64,000 bases of DNA from Octopus bimaculoides. Taxonomy: Eukaryota. Location of the stretch: assembly GCF_001194135.2 (NCBI RefSeq), contig NC_068991.1, positions 80,373,160 to 80,437,159 of the forward strand, in the 5' to 3' direction. Shown piece after piece: positions 1 to 13,503 of the stretch. How positions within the stretch are numbered: the stretch's first letter is position 1; each line of letters begins with the position of its first letter. Below the pieces are notes generated by a model. It saw nothing but the letters and a program-made list of their open reading frames with translations. It did no database searches and was not told the DNA's origin. Both the position numbers and the translations under genes were made by a program.

Positions 1-324
1 CTTCGCACCCAACTTAAATTACAAAACATATATAATAATATAAGTTTGTATTTTGAGAACCTTGGGTGGAAGATCTTCAAGGTAAAATTGACATTATAAA
101 GTTTACATTTTGATGAATTGAAATATTCCAACAGACTAAATTCTGTCCACAAGAAACATTCCAGAAGACTGGAGACAAGCACGCAACACAAAATACGAAA
201 CGCTACTAGATACGTTTGCCTTTGTTCGGCAAACAAGTCGTGAGATAGGAATTTAAACTCAAGTATCCACCTTATCTAGAAGGTCTGTCATTGGATAAGT
301 TACATTCCAAGAATAGTCCATTTT

Positions 325-555
325 CTCAATGAACATGATCCGGATCGAAGAGACGAGTTTTTTGAGTGATACTCGGTACGATGTGTAGAAGATGCACATT
401 TCATAATAAAGATTGTCTCGTGTGATGCGGCTACATTTAAATTGAATGGCACAATTAACAATCACAGTTGCACCTTATGGGGACCTCAGAATCCGCATAT
501 TACGGAGGAACGTCATGTTAATTTACCAGGAGTTACATTATGGTGCGGCTTATGA
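325..555 (+). pseudogene. Tc1/mariner transposase relic (first catalytic Asp region)
   Basis: Translates as [75 protein letters not shown]. This matches the WSDEAxFxLNG...VWCG pattern of mariner-like transposases; it has an in-frame stop. Confidence 0.8.
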
Positions 556-735
556 GTTGTCTCTACACTTGTGCGTTTTTTAAACTTTCAATAGCACTTA
601 AGTGTAAATTTCTTAGGTTCAAAACTTAGCGTGGTTCCCTTCATTATTTCCAATGGATTAAATCGATAAAGAAAGGAAAATTGAGTTATGAACTGCTTAA
701 GCGTGCAAACCTTTTTGAGGAGGCACCTTACAGAC

Positions 736-785
<50 letters not shown>

Positions 786-1673
786 GCAGACGCACGCATA
801 CATACATACAAAGACTAAGAATACATGGATGACTGATGGTTAAGCAATGATGATACTAATTAATAATGATGGTGATGATGATATTAATTATAATAGAGGT
901 AGTGATGCTGCTGCTGCCGCCGATGATGATGATGATATTGGTGACAGTGATGGATGGGGGTGTCCATTGCCACGACATTGTGGGTGTGAGTGTGTGTGTG
1001 TGTGGCGGTGGCACGTGACAGTAAAATGCTCCATGGGAGATCTGACAACGTAACCTCACATTTTTGTCATAATAAAAACGCATATTATTATTATTATGAT
1101 TAGTAGTAGTAGTAGTAGTAAGGTAGCGATCTTGCAGAATCGTTATCGTGCCGAACAAAATGCTTAGCGGCATTTCTTCCGACTTTGCGTTTTAAGTTCA
1201 ACTGCTGCAGAGGTCGATTTTATCTTTCATTATTTCGAGGTTCATGAAGTAAGCCCCTCCCTTTTCTCATTTATATGAAATATACATCACAGAGTGAAGA
1301 ACTTGCTTAACAGAATTAACAATTATAGCTGGGGGGGGGGTTATTTTTTAATTTTCCTTATAAAATATTTTTCATGCGTAAAACAGCATTTTGCATATTG
1401 AATTATATATGCTTGATTGGGTTTGTGCGTGTAACTGTATGTGTTTGTGTGTGCACATGCATGTATCTATTTTGATAATAAATCACATTTAAACATACTC
1501 ACCAAATGGATTAAGAAGCTTATCTATAAGCTTATCTATATATAGTGATAATACATGCATCGGCCCATCCGTTCATCCATCCATCCATCCATCCCTACAT
1601 ATATCTTTAGAAACGAATGCATAGATATTGATTGCCTGCAGATATGCACTCACTGATACGCACGCACGCACGC

Positions 1674-1715
<42 letters not shown>

Positions 1716-1904
1716 CACATACCTATGCTTCCCATGAACATGCTTCCCAACATAGACAGACAGACAGACAGACATATATATANNNNNNNNNNNNNNNNNN
1801 NNNNNNNNNNNNNNNNNNNNNNNNNNNNNNNNNNNNNNNNNNNNNNNNNNNNNNNNNNNNNNNNNNNNNNNNNNNNNNNNNNNNNNNNNNNNNNNNNNNN
1901 NNNN

Positions 1905-1950
<46 letters not shown>

Positions 1951-2391
1951 ATACATACATACATACTCTCAGACATATGGATAGCATAGATGTATGTTTT
2001 AAATATGAATTTCATGATGTATCTCTCAAAGAATTATTGTCGTTTTATAATCCACAGTTTATTCCTCATTAATACCGATCTTCTCTTTTTATTGAACGCA
2101 TTATTAAATATATATTCGCATCTATAACTCTGCATGTATATGCACGCGCGGAAATACACATACAGCTTTACATAAGTAGATACATACTTCTTATGCACAT
2201 TGCACATACTTATGCACATACTTATGCACATACTTCTTATGCACATTGGCAAACCTTACAGTTTACATATTGACATGTTGTCCACTGTTAGCTTACACAC
2301 ATGCATAAATGTATAGTAATTTATTTAAATAAATTAATATATGCATTAATATATAGTTGCATGCTTGCAACTGCCCATAAGAACATTCAAC

Positions 2392-2648
2392 GATGTATTG
2401 TTTACAATGCCGTAGACTGCGCTGAACGTCCTTAAAATTCATTTCATGTCGACGAAAAATGCAAAAAGTATCAAAATTCTATCGGCTGACTAAACTTTAC
2501 CAGCACTGGCAGATGGCACTACTGTACTGTATTGCATGGAGCATTACCAGTAGAAATCCAAGCACTGAATGTCTGACTGAAAATTAGTCTCCACGAAATG
2601 ATTTTTCGGGACGTTCACCGCAGTCTACGGCGTTATAAACAATACATC
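2392..2648. mobile_element. MITE with ~54-bp imperfect terminal inverted repeats
   Basis: 2392-2445 (GATGTATTGTTTACAATGCCGTAGACTGCGCTGAACGTCC...) is the near reverse complement of 2595-2648. No ORF; TSD not resolved. Confidence 0.8.
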
Positions 2649-4135
2649 CAGGTTATAGAAACTAGAGAGAAAGATAGCTTCGCCAGCAATAAGGTAGTAC
2701 TTATATACGTCTCATTATATTGGAGTAACATAACATTATGTGCCTTGCTCCAGGATACAACGTGCTACCTATTCCAGGAATGAACCCCACGAATTAATGC
2801 TCGGAAGCCTAACATCTTAACCGCAAAGCAACATGCCTTCACATTGCGCACATATATACACAGATACATGTATATAATATTCATGTATACATATATATAT
2901 ATATATATACATTTATACACACGTGCATACATATATACGTGTACGTACAGCATACAAGCATAAATTCTAACACACATTCACACAAGCATTCATAAGTACA
3001 CACATGCATACATATAAATATAACCACATATTACAAAAAGCATGGATGCCTACATAAATAAATACATAAAACGTCTATACGTACTTGCAAGCAGTCATAC
3101 GCACTTACATATGTTCATATATGCATAAATACATACAGACCTACATACATGGTCATATGCATGCTTATACGCATACTTATATACACATGTATACATGCAC
3201 TTATATGCATGTAGCTATGCAAGAAGAACAGTAAATGGTTAATATAAATAAATAAATAAAAATACACTACATGATATTTAAAATCAATTTATTTACTGCG
3301 GAACTATTTTGCACGAAATCCATTTTGCTATAAGGAATTCTTCAATTCTTCCTTTTTTCATTAGATTTTATTTTATTTTCTCTTTTCTTCCCAGAAAGAT
3401 AAAGAAAATCATTTTCATCTATTTTACATGTAGATAGATATAATCTTGAATAATATTTTACAAACATTAAATCCGAGAAAGGAAAGGGGAAAAAAATTCA
3501 TATATTGATCTTGAAGTATTTTTATCGTTAATTTTTTTATTCATATTTTCAGTTAATTTTCGTATTTTGTGTGTGTGTGTGTGTGCGTGTGTGTGTGCGT
3601 GTGTGCGTGTGTGTGTGCGTGTGTGCGTGTGTGTGTGCGTGTGTGTGTGTTAGTTGTTGTCTCTTATTGTTTATATAATGTATTTTGTTGTTTTATCGTT
3701 GTGTTGTTAGTGTTGTATGATATCGTGAAGACACGCCAAACAGATATGTTATGCTGACGTTTATTAAATGAGATTTAGAATGGGACGCGGTGAGGAGAGA
3801 AGATATGAAATATGGCTAAACAAACAGATTGATTGTTTCAAGTGTAATTCAATGAGTGAAAGTAGACAAAAGACACATGTTTGGAGTTAAGGAGTCCAGC
3901 GAAGGGCAGCAAGGATCAGGTTTTTTTCTTTTTCTAATCAAAATTGTCATGTCCTTAACTTTCAGTAAAGGTTTCTTCTGTTCAGTGTTGAAGACTGTAT
4001 TACACTCATATGTGTACGTGCTCACATACACGCACAGAAATCCATTCACACACACACACACACACGCACATATATACATTAATACACCGAGTTGTAGATT
4101 GACACACGTGTCTACATATGTATACATATACATAC

Positions 4136-4173
<38 letters not shown>

Positions 4174-4864
4174 GTACATATATGCTTACATGCATGTATA
4201 CATGCTAACAAATATGCACACATGCACACTTATGCAATGTAAATATAAATACGTGAATCTTCGTGCAAAAACACACAAACAAAATGCTTTCTCTTTCATA
4301 CAAACATATGCACATTCACATGGATACTTGCACATGTACAAGAAAAAACACATGTAGAACGATACAAGCAAACACCTACACTCACATATGCACACATGTA
4401 CACACATGTATGCATGTATGTTTTGGGGGTTAAATATGCACTGTTAAAGTCTGTCATACCGGCCATGACGAAGGCAAATAGCCCTGAAACTCGAGTCGCC
4501 TTTATATATTTATATTTATATATTTATATATTTGATCCTTTATATTGAACACTCAATATTTCATCTACATTCAATACTTTCTTTCATGGTGCCATCCATT
4601 TTTATTTTATTTTATTTTATTTTATTTTATATATTGTATATTATATTATATATTGTATATTCCATATTCTATACCCCACATTGGTTCTGCAGGAATATAA
4701 ATAAAACATTAAAAAGCAGACAGTGTTGGAACTCTTTTAAACAAAATAATATATTCCTCTATACACATTCATACAAAAAAAACCCACCCTTTNNNNNNNN
4801 NNNNNNNNNNNNNNNNNNNNNNNNNNNNNNNNNNNNNNNNNNNNNNNNNNNNNNNNNNNNNNNN

Positions 4865-4966
<102 letters not shown>

Positions 4967-5424
4967 ATCACAAATGCACGCACACAAATACATACAGAGA
5001 TGCTCGCATAACACCGACGGGCATTCTGACACACGCAACCATACTCCAGTACGCAGATATGGACTCCCCCCCCACACACACACACACACACATGCATCAA
5101 CGAACATGGAAAACATCTTGAAGCTTCACTCACACACACATATACAGATACCCACACACACATCTACATCCATGCACACACAAACTCTCATACTCCCGCA
5201 CTCGCACATACAATCCCATATACACAAACCTACACGAAACCAAGAGAGACAGAAAGATGGAGACGGAGATAACGTTAGAGCCGATTCCTGTTCAACCCTT
5301 CTAATTGTATTTGAAACGTCCTCCACTGCATTTTCTGCGTTGTCTTCTCGATAGTTTATTGAGTAATAGGCTCCTATCATGTATGTCTCTGTGTTTGTAT
5401 GTATTATGTATGCATTGTGTGGAT

Positions 5425-5660
5425 GCATGGCTTGGTCGTTAGGTTGTTGCACTCACGTTAACGATATCGTGGGTTCGATTTCCTAACTGGCCGGTGCGTT
5501 GTATCCTTGAAGAAAACATTTCATCTCATGTTTCTCTGAGATCACACTCGACATGTGACGCGTGGCACACCGTGGCACCTATACAGGTAAAATGTCGATT
5601 TGATGGAGCGAGTGAGCTTATGTGAGAACATATTTGATCACAAGAAACAAATCTTCTGCT
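5425..5660 (+). mobile_element. SINE family S3, tRNA-like head (TAGTGGTTAG/GGTTCGATT type)
   Basis: A-box/B-box-like head followed by GCGTTGTRTCCTTGA, as at 19485-19640 and 44948-45110 and, reversed, at 13200-13300. Confidence 0.6.
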
Positions 5661-5749
5661 CATACATTTTATTAGCTTTCTTTCTAGAATGAAGGAACTG
5701 TTTTCTAAATAAAACACAAACATTCTGTCATTGAAGTTTCGATAACTAT

Positions 5750-5908
5750 ATCACTAAGTCTTACATATCGAACTTGAAAAAAATCTTGCATACTTTTGCT
5801 GTTCCTCTTACAGATTGTATTTGTAAAGTTCCTGTTAGCCAGTGTCTTTCTTTGCTTGGAAATCCTATCTTCTCCAAGTAGTGGCTTAGACATTTACTAA
5901 CATAATCA
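5750..5908 (-). mobile_element. RLE-type non-LTR retrotransposon 3' coding end (related to 57070-57760)
   Basis: YVSKCLSHYLEKIGFPSKERHWLTGTLQIQSVRGTAKVCKIFFKF aligns by eye with YVTHCLKTNFEKLGFSKLERGKLIQGLQVQSITGTVKIW at 57.4-57.5 kb. Confidence 0.7.
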
Positions 5909-6090
5909 AGTTCTATATTTAAGAAATGAGGAATTGTGTACATTACATTATTTGCAATTGACGGATATTTGTCCTCATCTTGTTTATTGTTAACACAACG
6001 TTTCGGCTGATATACCCTCCAGCCTTCATCAGGTGTCTTGGGGAAATTTCGAACCTGAGTTCTCATTCCTAAGGTATTTTTCGATGTTGT
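5909..6090 (-). mobile_element. Short interspersed element carrying a minimal type I hammerhead motif (core 5992-6037), copy 1
   Basis: Minus strand reads GACAC-CTGATGA-A-GGCTGG(AGGGTATA)TCAGCC-GAAAC-GTT-GTGTT. It is an inverted near-copy of 6518-6680. Confidence 0.75.
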
Positions 6091-6138
6091 TATTATTATT
6101 AATAACCTCAATAATAATAATAATAATAATAATAATTT

Positions 6139-6510
6139 GACAAGATCAGTAAATATAAAGACTTGCTAATAGAAATTGAAAAAAGGTGGCACCTCAAAGC
6201 AACTACCGTACCAGTGATTGTAGGATTTCTAGGAATGATAAAAAAAAGGTACTGAAACTTATTTGAAAATGATACCAGGCTTACCATCCATACAGGAAGT
6301 GCAAAAAATCGTGCTAACTGGAACGATTCATGTACTGAGAAGAGCATTATCGCTGTGAAAACAACATCCGTTCATGATTTTTTTTTTCTTAAATACATGT
6401 TTTACCTGTGAATTTGTGTGTGTAAATTGGGAATGCATATAACGAGTTTCTCTGCCCTAGGTGTACTCGGCGAGAAATGGAAGAAAATTTGAAGAAAGAA
6501 GAAAAAAACA
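6139..6510 (+). mobile_element. R4/Dong-like RLE LINE 3' end plus 3' UTR
   Basis: DKISKYKDLLIEIEKRWHLKATTVPVIVGFLGMIKK/GTETYLKMIPGLPSIQEVQKIVLTGTIHVLRRALSL* (one frameshift; stop 6356-6358), flanked by (AAT)n on both sides. Confidence 0.85.
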
Positions 6511-6517
6511 TAATAAT

Positions 6518-6680
6518 AACAACATCGAAAAATACTTTAGGAATAAGAACCCAGGTTCGAAATTTCCCCAAGACGCCTGATGAAAGTTGGAGGGTATATC
6601 AGCCGAAACGTTGTGTTAACAATAAACAAGATGAGGATAAATATCCATCCATTGTAAATAATGTAAATAATGTAACGTAA
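6518..6680 (+). mobile_element. Short element carrying a minimal type I hammerhead motif (core 6572-6617), copy 2
   Basis: GACGC-CTGATGA-A-AGTTGG(AGGGTATA)TCAGCC-GAAAC-GTT-GTGTT; stem II is weakened relative to copy 1. Confidence 0.7.
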
Positions 6681-7142
6681 TCAAGTGCACCAATGATTAT
6701 TGATATGAATGTATATTTTACAATGAGGGCAGAGGTGCTGCGGGTTTCGAAGCAGTTGTCCCTGAATAGTTCTCTTCTCGCTTATGTAAGTGTGCAAATA
6801 CGATATATCTGGCCCAGTAGAATTTGTACTTTCGTTATTCTACGATTGCGCCGTTCACTCTGCTCCGCTCTCGCGTTATCTCATTTCGAATGTACTCTTA
6901 CTCAATGATATTCCAAGCATGGCTCTTTCCATAACCCTTTTTTGTGCCGTGGCCGATCGATGTTTCCCCGCCCCCCCCCCTAAGTTCTCCACATCTCACT
7001 TCCGTATACGAACGCAGGTAGGACACTTCTATCGAAGAAACTGTCCAGCTTTGTTTTGAGAGCAACTTTTATTGAGATAAAATAGCTAGATAGATAGATA
7101 GATAGAAAGAAATGTGTGTACATATACACACATACGCACACA

Positions 7143-7312
7143 AGAGCTGGCCTTGTCGCAATCTGTGTGACGCTGAACCTCTCTGAGATCTACGTTAAGG
7201 GTACGCTTGTCTGTGGATTGCTCAACCACTTGTACGTTAATTTCACGAGCTGGTTGTTCCGTTGACCGGATCAACTGGAACCCTCGTTGTCATAATCGAC
7301 GGAGTGTCAGTT
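7143..7312 (+). mobile_element. SINE family S3, 3' portion
   Basis: Reverse-complement similarity to 13010-13170 (ACGTTAATTTCACGAG...GGATCAACTGGAACCCTCG...GACGGAGTG). Confidence 0.65.
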
Positions 7313-7477
7313 ATCAAGTGATTGTGTCATTGAGGTGTTCTCTATATAATCCGATATTCCTTACATTCTTACAGTTTAATGACCATTTTTTTCTATTATA
7401 ATTCCTAATTTTCTTCATGTATATTACACTTCTCATTGATTCATAAATAATTTTTATTATTTTTTTTTATCTTTTAG

Positions 7478-7539
7478 GTACGACTCATGTTCTGCAAAGT
7501 CGAGACGATTTACTCATTTCTTGATTACATCAAATCAGG
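7478..7539 (+). CDS. CPNE: Copine exon (first found in window): end of C2B/linker, VRLMFCKVETIYSFLDYIKS(G)
   Basis: Polypyrimidine tract plus AG at 7476-7477 and GTAAGC donor at 7540. The translation matches the copine FLDYIKGG segment and splices in frame (phase 2) to the next exon. Confidence 0.88.
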
Positions 7540-8871
7540 GTAAGCTTCTTTTCCATTACATTTCCATCTGCATATCCATGTTGTTGTTTAACCTCCGAGT
7601 CAGTCCTTGCCCCAAAAGATCTATATTTAGATGTATTTCAGCCATGGGGATACCGTCTTTTATCAGACAAATTATATCTAAAAACCACGATATCCGATGT
7701 GCGTATCTTGTCATTTGAAGGAGGAGGTATTTGGCTGTTGTTTCCAACTCAATGCCTGCGATGAGACTTTCTGAGCATAGTTGAGGTTGTTTCTTTAGCA
7801 CCGGGTCGACTCTGATCCAGCAGATCTATGATCAAAGACGTTGCATCTATGACCATCGCTTATTTTTGGATAACAAGAATTACTTTGGGGAATGAGAGAG
7901 TTTTGATTGAGCAAGATCGCAAATACGTAACTATTCCAAGATGATTGCTACAAAAACTAAAGCAGAACCAAGGAAACGTCCACTAAACACTAATTTATAT
8001 TCCAAATAAATAAATCAGTGTGCCAAACATTATTTCTAATTATTACCTATAAGATGGGAGATCTTGGCTACCTGTTTCCAGTCATTGGAATACGACTTAT
8101 CTTCTAAAAAGCCGATCACAGGTCTTGCATATTCAGGGGATACTTTTGTTACCAAGGAAAAAATTGTTACACAGCTTCGTTTTCTTTTTTTTGTTTTTGT
8201 TTTTTTTCAATTATGCGGGATATTGGTGCATCGACTTGTTACACAAAAGCTAGCTAAAATTGTTTTTAATGTAATGTTTGAGGTATGTGATTCAAAAACA
8301 TCTACACCATCTCGGATGAAGTTTGATATCATTTGTCATAATGATTCTATTATTATATTATTAAATTGCTGGACCGGCATTTATGAGGTATAAATCGATG
8401 TTGGACGACTGCTTTATTTGCAGATAGAGTAGGAGCGGAAGGAAATAGGATCTAGAAAATTTTCATTACCTTTTAAGCAGGTTACAGGGATCAATAAAAT
8501 TGACAATGGAATAGCGTATAAAGGAACCGCCTTTTTAGGAAGACATTCTGGATATCAAACAAGAGGGTAATATTAAAAGAGGTGGGCGAATTGCCCCTGT
8601 TATTCAAAAGGCCTAGCATTCCACGTCCAATGTCACACTGACTTTGTCTGAGGATTACGTTAAAGGTATTACATGCCAGTGGAATATTCAGTCATTCATA
8701 ACGTCCTTTCAAAGAACAGAGAATTCAGTTGATTGAAGAACTGAGTCGTAATAGTCGAAAAGGATGGAGATTCATCCGGATATGGATGTTGACAGAGATA
8801 GATAAATAGATAGACAGACACACAGACACACAGACACACAGACAGACAGACAGACAGATAGACAGATAGAC

Positions 8872-8944
<73 letters not shown>

Positions 8945-8964
8945 CACACACATGCACACATATA

Positions 8965-9340
8965 TCATCATCATCATCATCATCATTTAGTGTCCGTTTT
9001 CCATGCTGGCATGGGTTGGACGGTTTGACTGAAAACTGGTAAGCCGGGGAGCTGCACAAGGTTCCGATCTGATTTGGCATGGTTTCTATAGCCCCGCGCC
9101 ATTCCTAACGCCAATCACTCCAAGAATGTAGTGGTGCTTTTTATGTGCCACCGCCACTGGTGCCAGTTACGTAACACCGGCATCGACCACGATTACGAAC
9201 TCATTTGGTTTGACAGGTCTTCTCAAGTACGGTCTATCGTCAAAGGTCTCGGTTACCTGTCACTGCTTCTGTGAGGCCCAATCTTCGAAGAGGGCTTTTC
9301 ATGTGCTACTGGCATGAGTACCAGTTACGTGACACTGGCA
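8965..9340 (-). mobile_element. Repeat family S4, (GAT)n-tailed (probable RTE-type 3' end)
   Basis: (CAT)n followed by TTTARTGTCC..TTTCCATGCTGGCATGGGTTGGA recurs at 46725-46970 (more diverged), 48335-48530 and 49240-49440. Confidence 0.6.
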
Positions 9341-9348
9341 TATATATA

Positions 9349-10148
9349 GGGTGCGTAATGTATTTAAGGACATACTTTGGGGGGTTCATTGCTGCATTTC
9401 TTGCTAACTCTGTATAATCTTTGTTTCAGAAAATAATAATGGTAGACCCTCAGCTTACTCAAGAAATGAAGAGGCATACTTTTATTGTGGTTATAAAGGC
9501 TGAGCACAGTGATTTAGGAATATCTCGATTTTAAAAGTCAAATGGTTAACTGAACAAATGACAGATGGTTATGTGCAGAGCCTTCTGAAGTGTTACGCAT
9601 ACAAAATTTCCTGCAACTGTCATGGTTTTAGGAGTTGTCAGCATTGAAGGACATGTGATGCCTCCTTACTTCTCTGCCGCCTACATTGAATTCCTGGAAA
9701 TAATTGTTAAACCCTGGATAGACAGTGTATGCAATGGAAGGCCATATGTGTTTCAATAAGACTCTGCACTATCACACATTCCTAGTAACACAGGAATGGA
9801 TGATTGAAAATTTTCATGTTCACATAACATTTGGCCTCCTGATTCCCCAGATCGCAATCTATTGGACTATTACATGTGGAGCGTTGTTGAGAGAGATGCC
9901 AATGAACACGTCGCTCATAACGCCAAAGATTCTTTGAAAGCTGCCATAGTCAGAGTAGAGTCCAAAATGAAACTGGACCACTTGATTCAAGCATGGAGAT
10001 GATTTAAATCTCATACAGAAGCAGTTGTTGAAACTGAAGGTGGCTTTATTGAATAACATTATAGAAGAGAAGGTTTATTTTTATCCTCAAAGCATTTTTT
10101 GTGTTTTTATAAACATAAATCTGTCGTCAAATATCTTACGCATCATAA

Positions 10149-10150
<2 letters not shown>
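9349..10150 (+). mobile_element. Internally deleted Tc1/mariner element (probably maT/DD37D-like), flanked by TA repeats
   Basis: Relic peptides PATVMVLGVVSIEGHVMPPYF, KPWIDSVCNGRPYVFQ*DS, WPPDSPDRNLLDYYMWSVVE and EAVVETEGGFIE*. The termini GGGTGCGTAA...TATTT and AAATATCTTACGCATCATAACC are degenerate inverted repeats. Confidence 0.85.
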
Positions 10151-10192
<42 letters not shown>

Positions 10193-11015
10193 GGTTATGA
10201 GCGATGGTGTCTTTTAGACCCAGAGGTTTCAGGTAATGGTGGGTAAGTACTATGGATAGACCATAGTTAAGCTCCAGGTTCGGTGACTATGCGAATAAGG
10301 GGTCCAACGTAGGTCCCCAGAATTCCACCCACAAGGTATTGATGAGCCCAATCTATGGTACACTTGCTCCTGTTGCCCTGATGTGGGATTGAGTCCAGAA
10401 TCACGTTGTTGCAAAGAGCAACCTTCTTAACCACACTTCACCAATAGACGGATACTTTGTTTGATGCGTCTTCTTTGCATCCGTTTCCCAACATTAAACA
10501 ATCCCACTCGACACCATTTTTCAAGAGACATTACACTCGCAAAAAAAAACTAGATTCTTGATATGCAAATTGGAACATCAGAAATAATTGTAGGAAAAAA
10601 GTGAAGAAAAATAGTCATACATTTGTATTTGTTTGAATTTATCTAAGGCAGTTAAATCTCATTGCTTGTGTAAGACTTCTATAATCTGAATATCTTAGAA
10701 CCAGAAGTCTTTTCAACCGCACACAATATCAATTGTTTTCATAGAAGCAAGTTAGAACCAGCTGAATCAACCTAAGTGTATTACAGGCCTTGGTGTTGGA
10801 AGACCATGAGTTGTAATATGGATGTGCTTTCAGAACATAGCCGGGTATTAAAATATTTATAATGCATTTAGCTTCTTTACATTTTTGCAAACTAATCTGT
10901 TTTCTTTTCTGTATTTATAAAATCGAACAATTAGTTTCTTTTATTCCCTTCAACGTTTGTCATGAAATTCGATCTGCAGTATTTCATTCTTTTTTCTTTA
11001 TTTTTGTTTGTCTAA

Positions 11016-11204
<189 letters not shown>

Positions 11205-12984
11205 TGAATACTTCAAACGGTTACAATTTCTTTTTCTCTATCTTTATTCTTTATCTCAGGTATTTATTTTTCTCAGAGATTGTAATCTACGTTCTCAGTT
11301 TCATCCCCAGGGTAAAACAGAAACCAAGCAATTGTCAATATTTCTCCTTCTCATAAAAGATCATTATATTTCGCATTTCTTCAACTCATAACAGAACAAG
11401 AACAATTTTAAATGTTATATTCTTCAACTGCCTTTAAAAATAATTACCTTTTTTCTTTATTATCATTATTATTATTATTATTAGTAGTAGTAGTAGTAGT
11501 AGTGTGTATGTCTGACTACGTGTTTTTGTGTATTTGAGTTTCTGCCTTCTGTTCCAGATTTGTATAAATAAACATAAAATATGCCGGCAGAAATCTGTAA
11601 GAAAAAATATTTATTGAAACCTGGCAAAAAAGATATAAATAAAGCAAATAAATAAACACTGTCAAGCTTAGCTTAATTTCCGTGTGAAGTGGAATATGTA
11701 TGTCTGGCTTGGAGGGGAATCACAAACGACTTCGATGTTATTAAGCATAGGAAAGCAAAACAAAGAGAAGTCAAGTGCGTGTTTCATAAAATAAACTTTG
11801 TGAAAATGAAATAAAATCAATTTTGATATTTTAATTATTTTTCATTATATTAGAACAGTTTGTGTGCATCGCAGGAAGAGACAGTCAAAGTCGATGCATT
11901 AGCCTTGATGCATTGTGACATTTAATTGCATATCTTTGTTTAAACTTCAAACCCTGGTGACGTCTGTAAAGTTTTGGTGGTGAGAAGAGACAGCTTAATT
12001 ATCTAGCGTTCAAACGGCTGAATATTCCACAGATACGTGTACTCTTCATGTAAATCTCGAGCAGAATTAGCGTAACATAGTGACACGACTGGACCTCTGA
12101 TTTACGAGCACAATTAATTTTTAATGCTTCCACGTAGTTTCCATCAACCCAGTTTCATACACAAGGCCTGGGTTGACCCGATACCGTAATAAAAAACGCT
12201 TTGCCAAAATGCCATGCAGTGGAGTCTCGCCTGTTCAATGTAAAGAGGAGGAAGAGGAGGACTGAATTAACCAATCAACCATGTTGTTTCAAAAAGCAAG
12301 CACCAATCAATTCGATCAACTGTATCCCTACAACTCTACCAAACTTAAAATTACTACCAGCACCATTAGTTGAACTCTTCTGAGCTGAACTCGTGGCAAG
12401 GTTATCGTTGCCTTTCACCTCTCTGGAATCAATAAATCAAAGTGTCAGTCAAATACTAAGGCCGAATAGCCTCCGACTCCCGAATTCAAGGCCCTTGTCA
12501 GCTTATAAGATCACCGTAGAAATCAAACGCTGCTATCATAAATGGTAAAGGTGTATAATTGTTTGAATAAAACTGTAGAGATAGGTTTGATGTCAGGTTT
12601 TGTACTATAAAAATTATGGTACAAAATAATGTGAGACAATCTGAATTAATATGACAATTGATAGAACACAGGAACAGTTTAAGCAAGCAATCTGTAATTT
12701 ATTTCGTTAAAACAAAATATTTTGAGTGACTTCTTGCCATTTATTAGGAAGCTTTTTCATTCCTCTCGATACGAAGAAGCTTTCTACATATGTTCTTATC
12801 TGATCTTCTTGAGAAAAATGTTTCCCCATCAGAGTATTGTGTAGAGAGCAAAAAAGATGGAAATCAGATGGAGCAAGGTCTGGTGAAGAGGGTGGATGAG
12901 TAGAACAGGCCAGCCCAAATCCAATATTTTTTCTTAAATTAGAAGTTTACGGACAGGTCAAATATTGTTCAGAAAATGCCGGTT

Positions 12985-13300
12985 TGGTTTCTTTCCTATG
13001 AAAACAACCCAGCCTGGCACTCCGTCGGTTATGACGATGAATGTTACAGTTGATTCGATCAACCGAACGACCTGATCCTGAAATTAACGTGCAAATGGCT
13101 GAGTACTCCACAGACACACTTTAACGTAAGTTCTCAGAGAGGTTTAGCCCTTTGAATTACAGGTACAACGCATTTTTGCAAGCTGTGTTGACTGAAGCGA
13201 CGTGAAATAAAGTGTCTTGCTCAAGGACACAACGCACTGCCGGAAATCGCAATCACGACCTTACGTTCGTGAGCCGGATGGTTCGACGCACTCAGCAACC
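12985..13300 (-). mobile_element. SINE family S3, near full length
   Basis: Contains both the head (matching 5425-5530 and 44948-45060) and the 3' part (matching 7143-7312) in reverse orientation. Confidence 0.65.
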
Positions 13301-13436
13301 TACCTTCGCGACGAAAAGAGTTGGTTCGAAATGTTGTGCGAGCTTAATCATATTTAGGAATGTGTATTTATTAGGGGAAAAGGAAGAAAAGTGTCGAATG
13401 AAAGAAATATATATTATAAAGATAAAGATAAACTGT

Positions 13437-13503
<67 letters not shown>

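Noticed and set aside
3465-3510. LNPRKERGKKFIY, resembling the copine C2B basic patch (NPKKKxKKKKY)
   Set aside because: There is no AG acceptor in front, an in-frame stop follows, and there is no NSG motif or donor. The real upstream exon was not found in the window.
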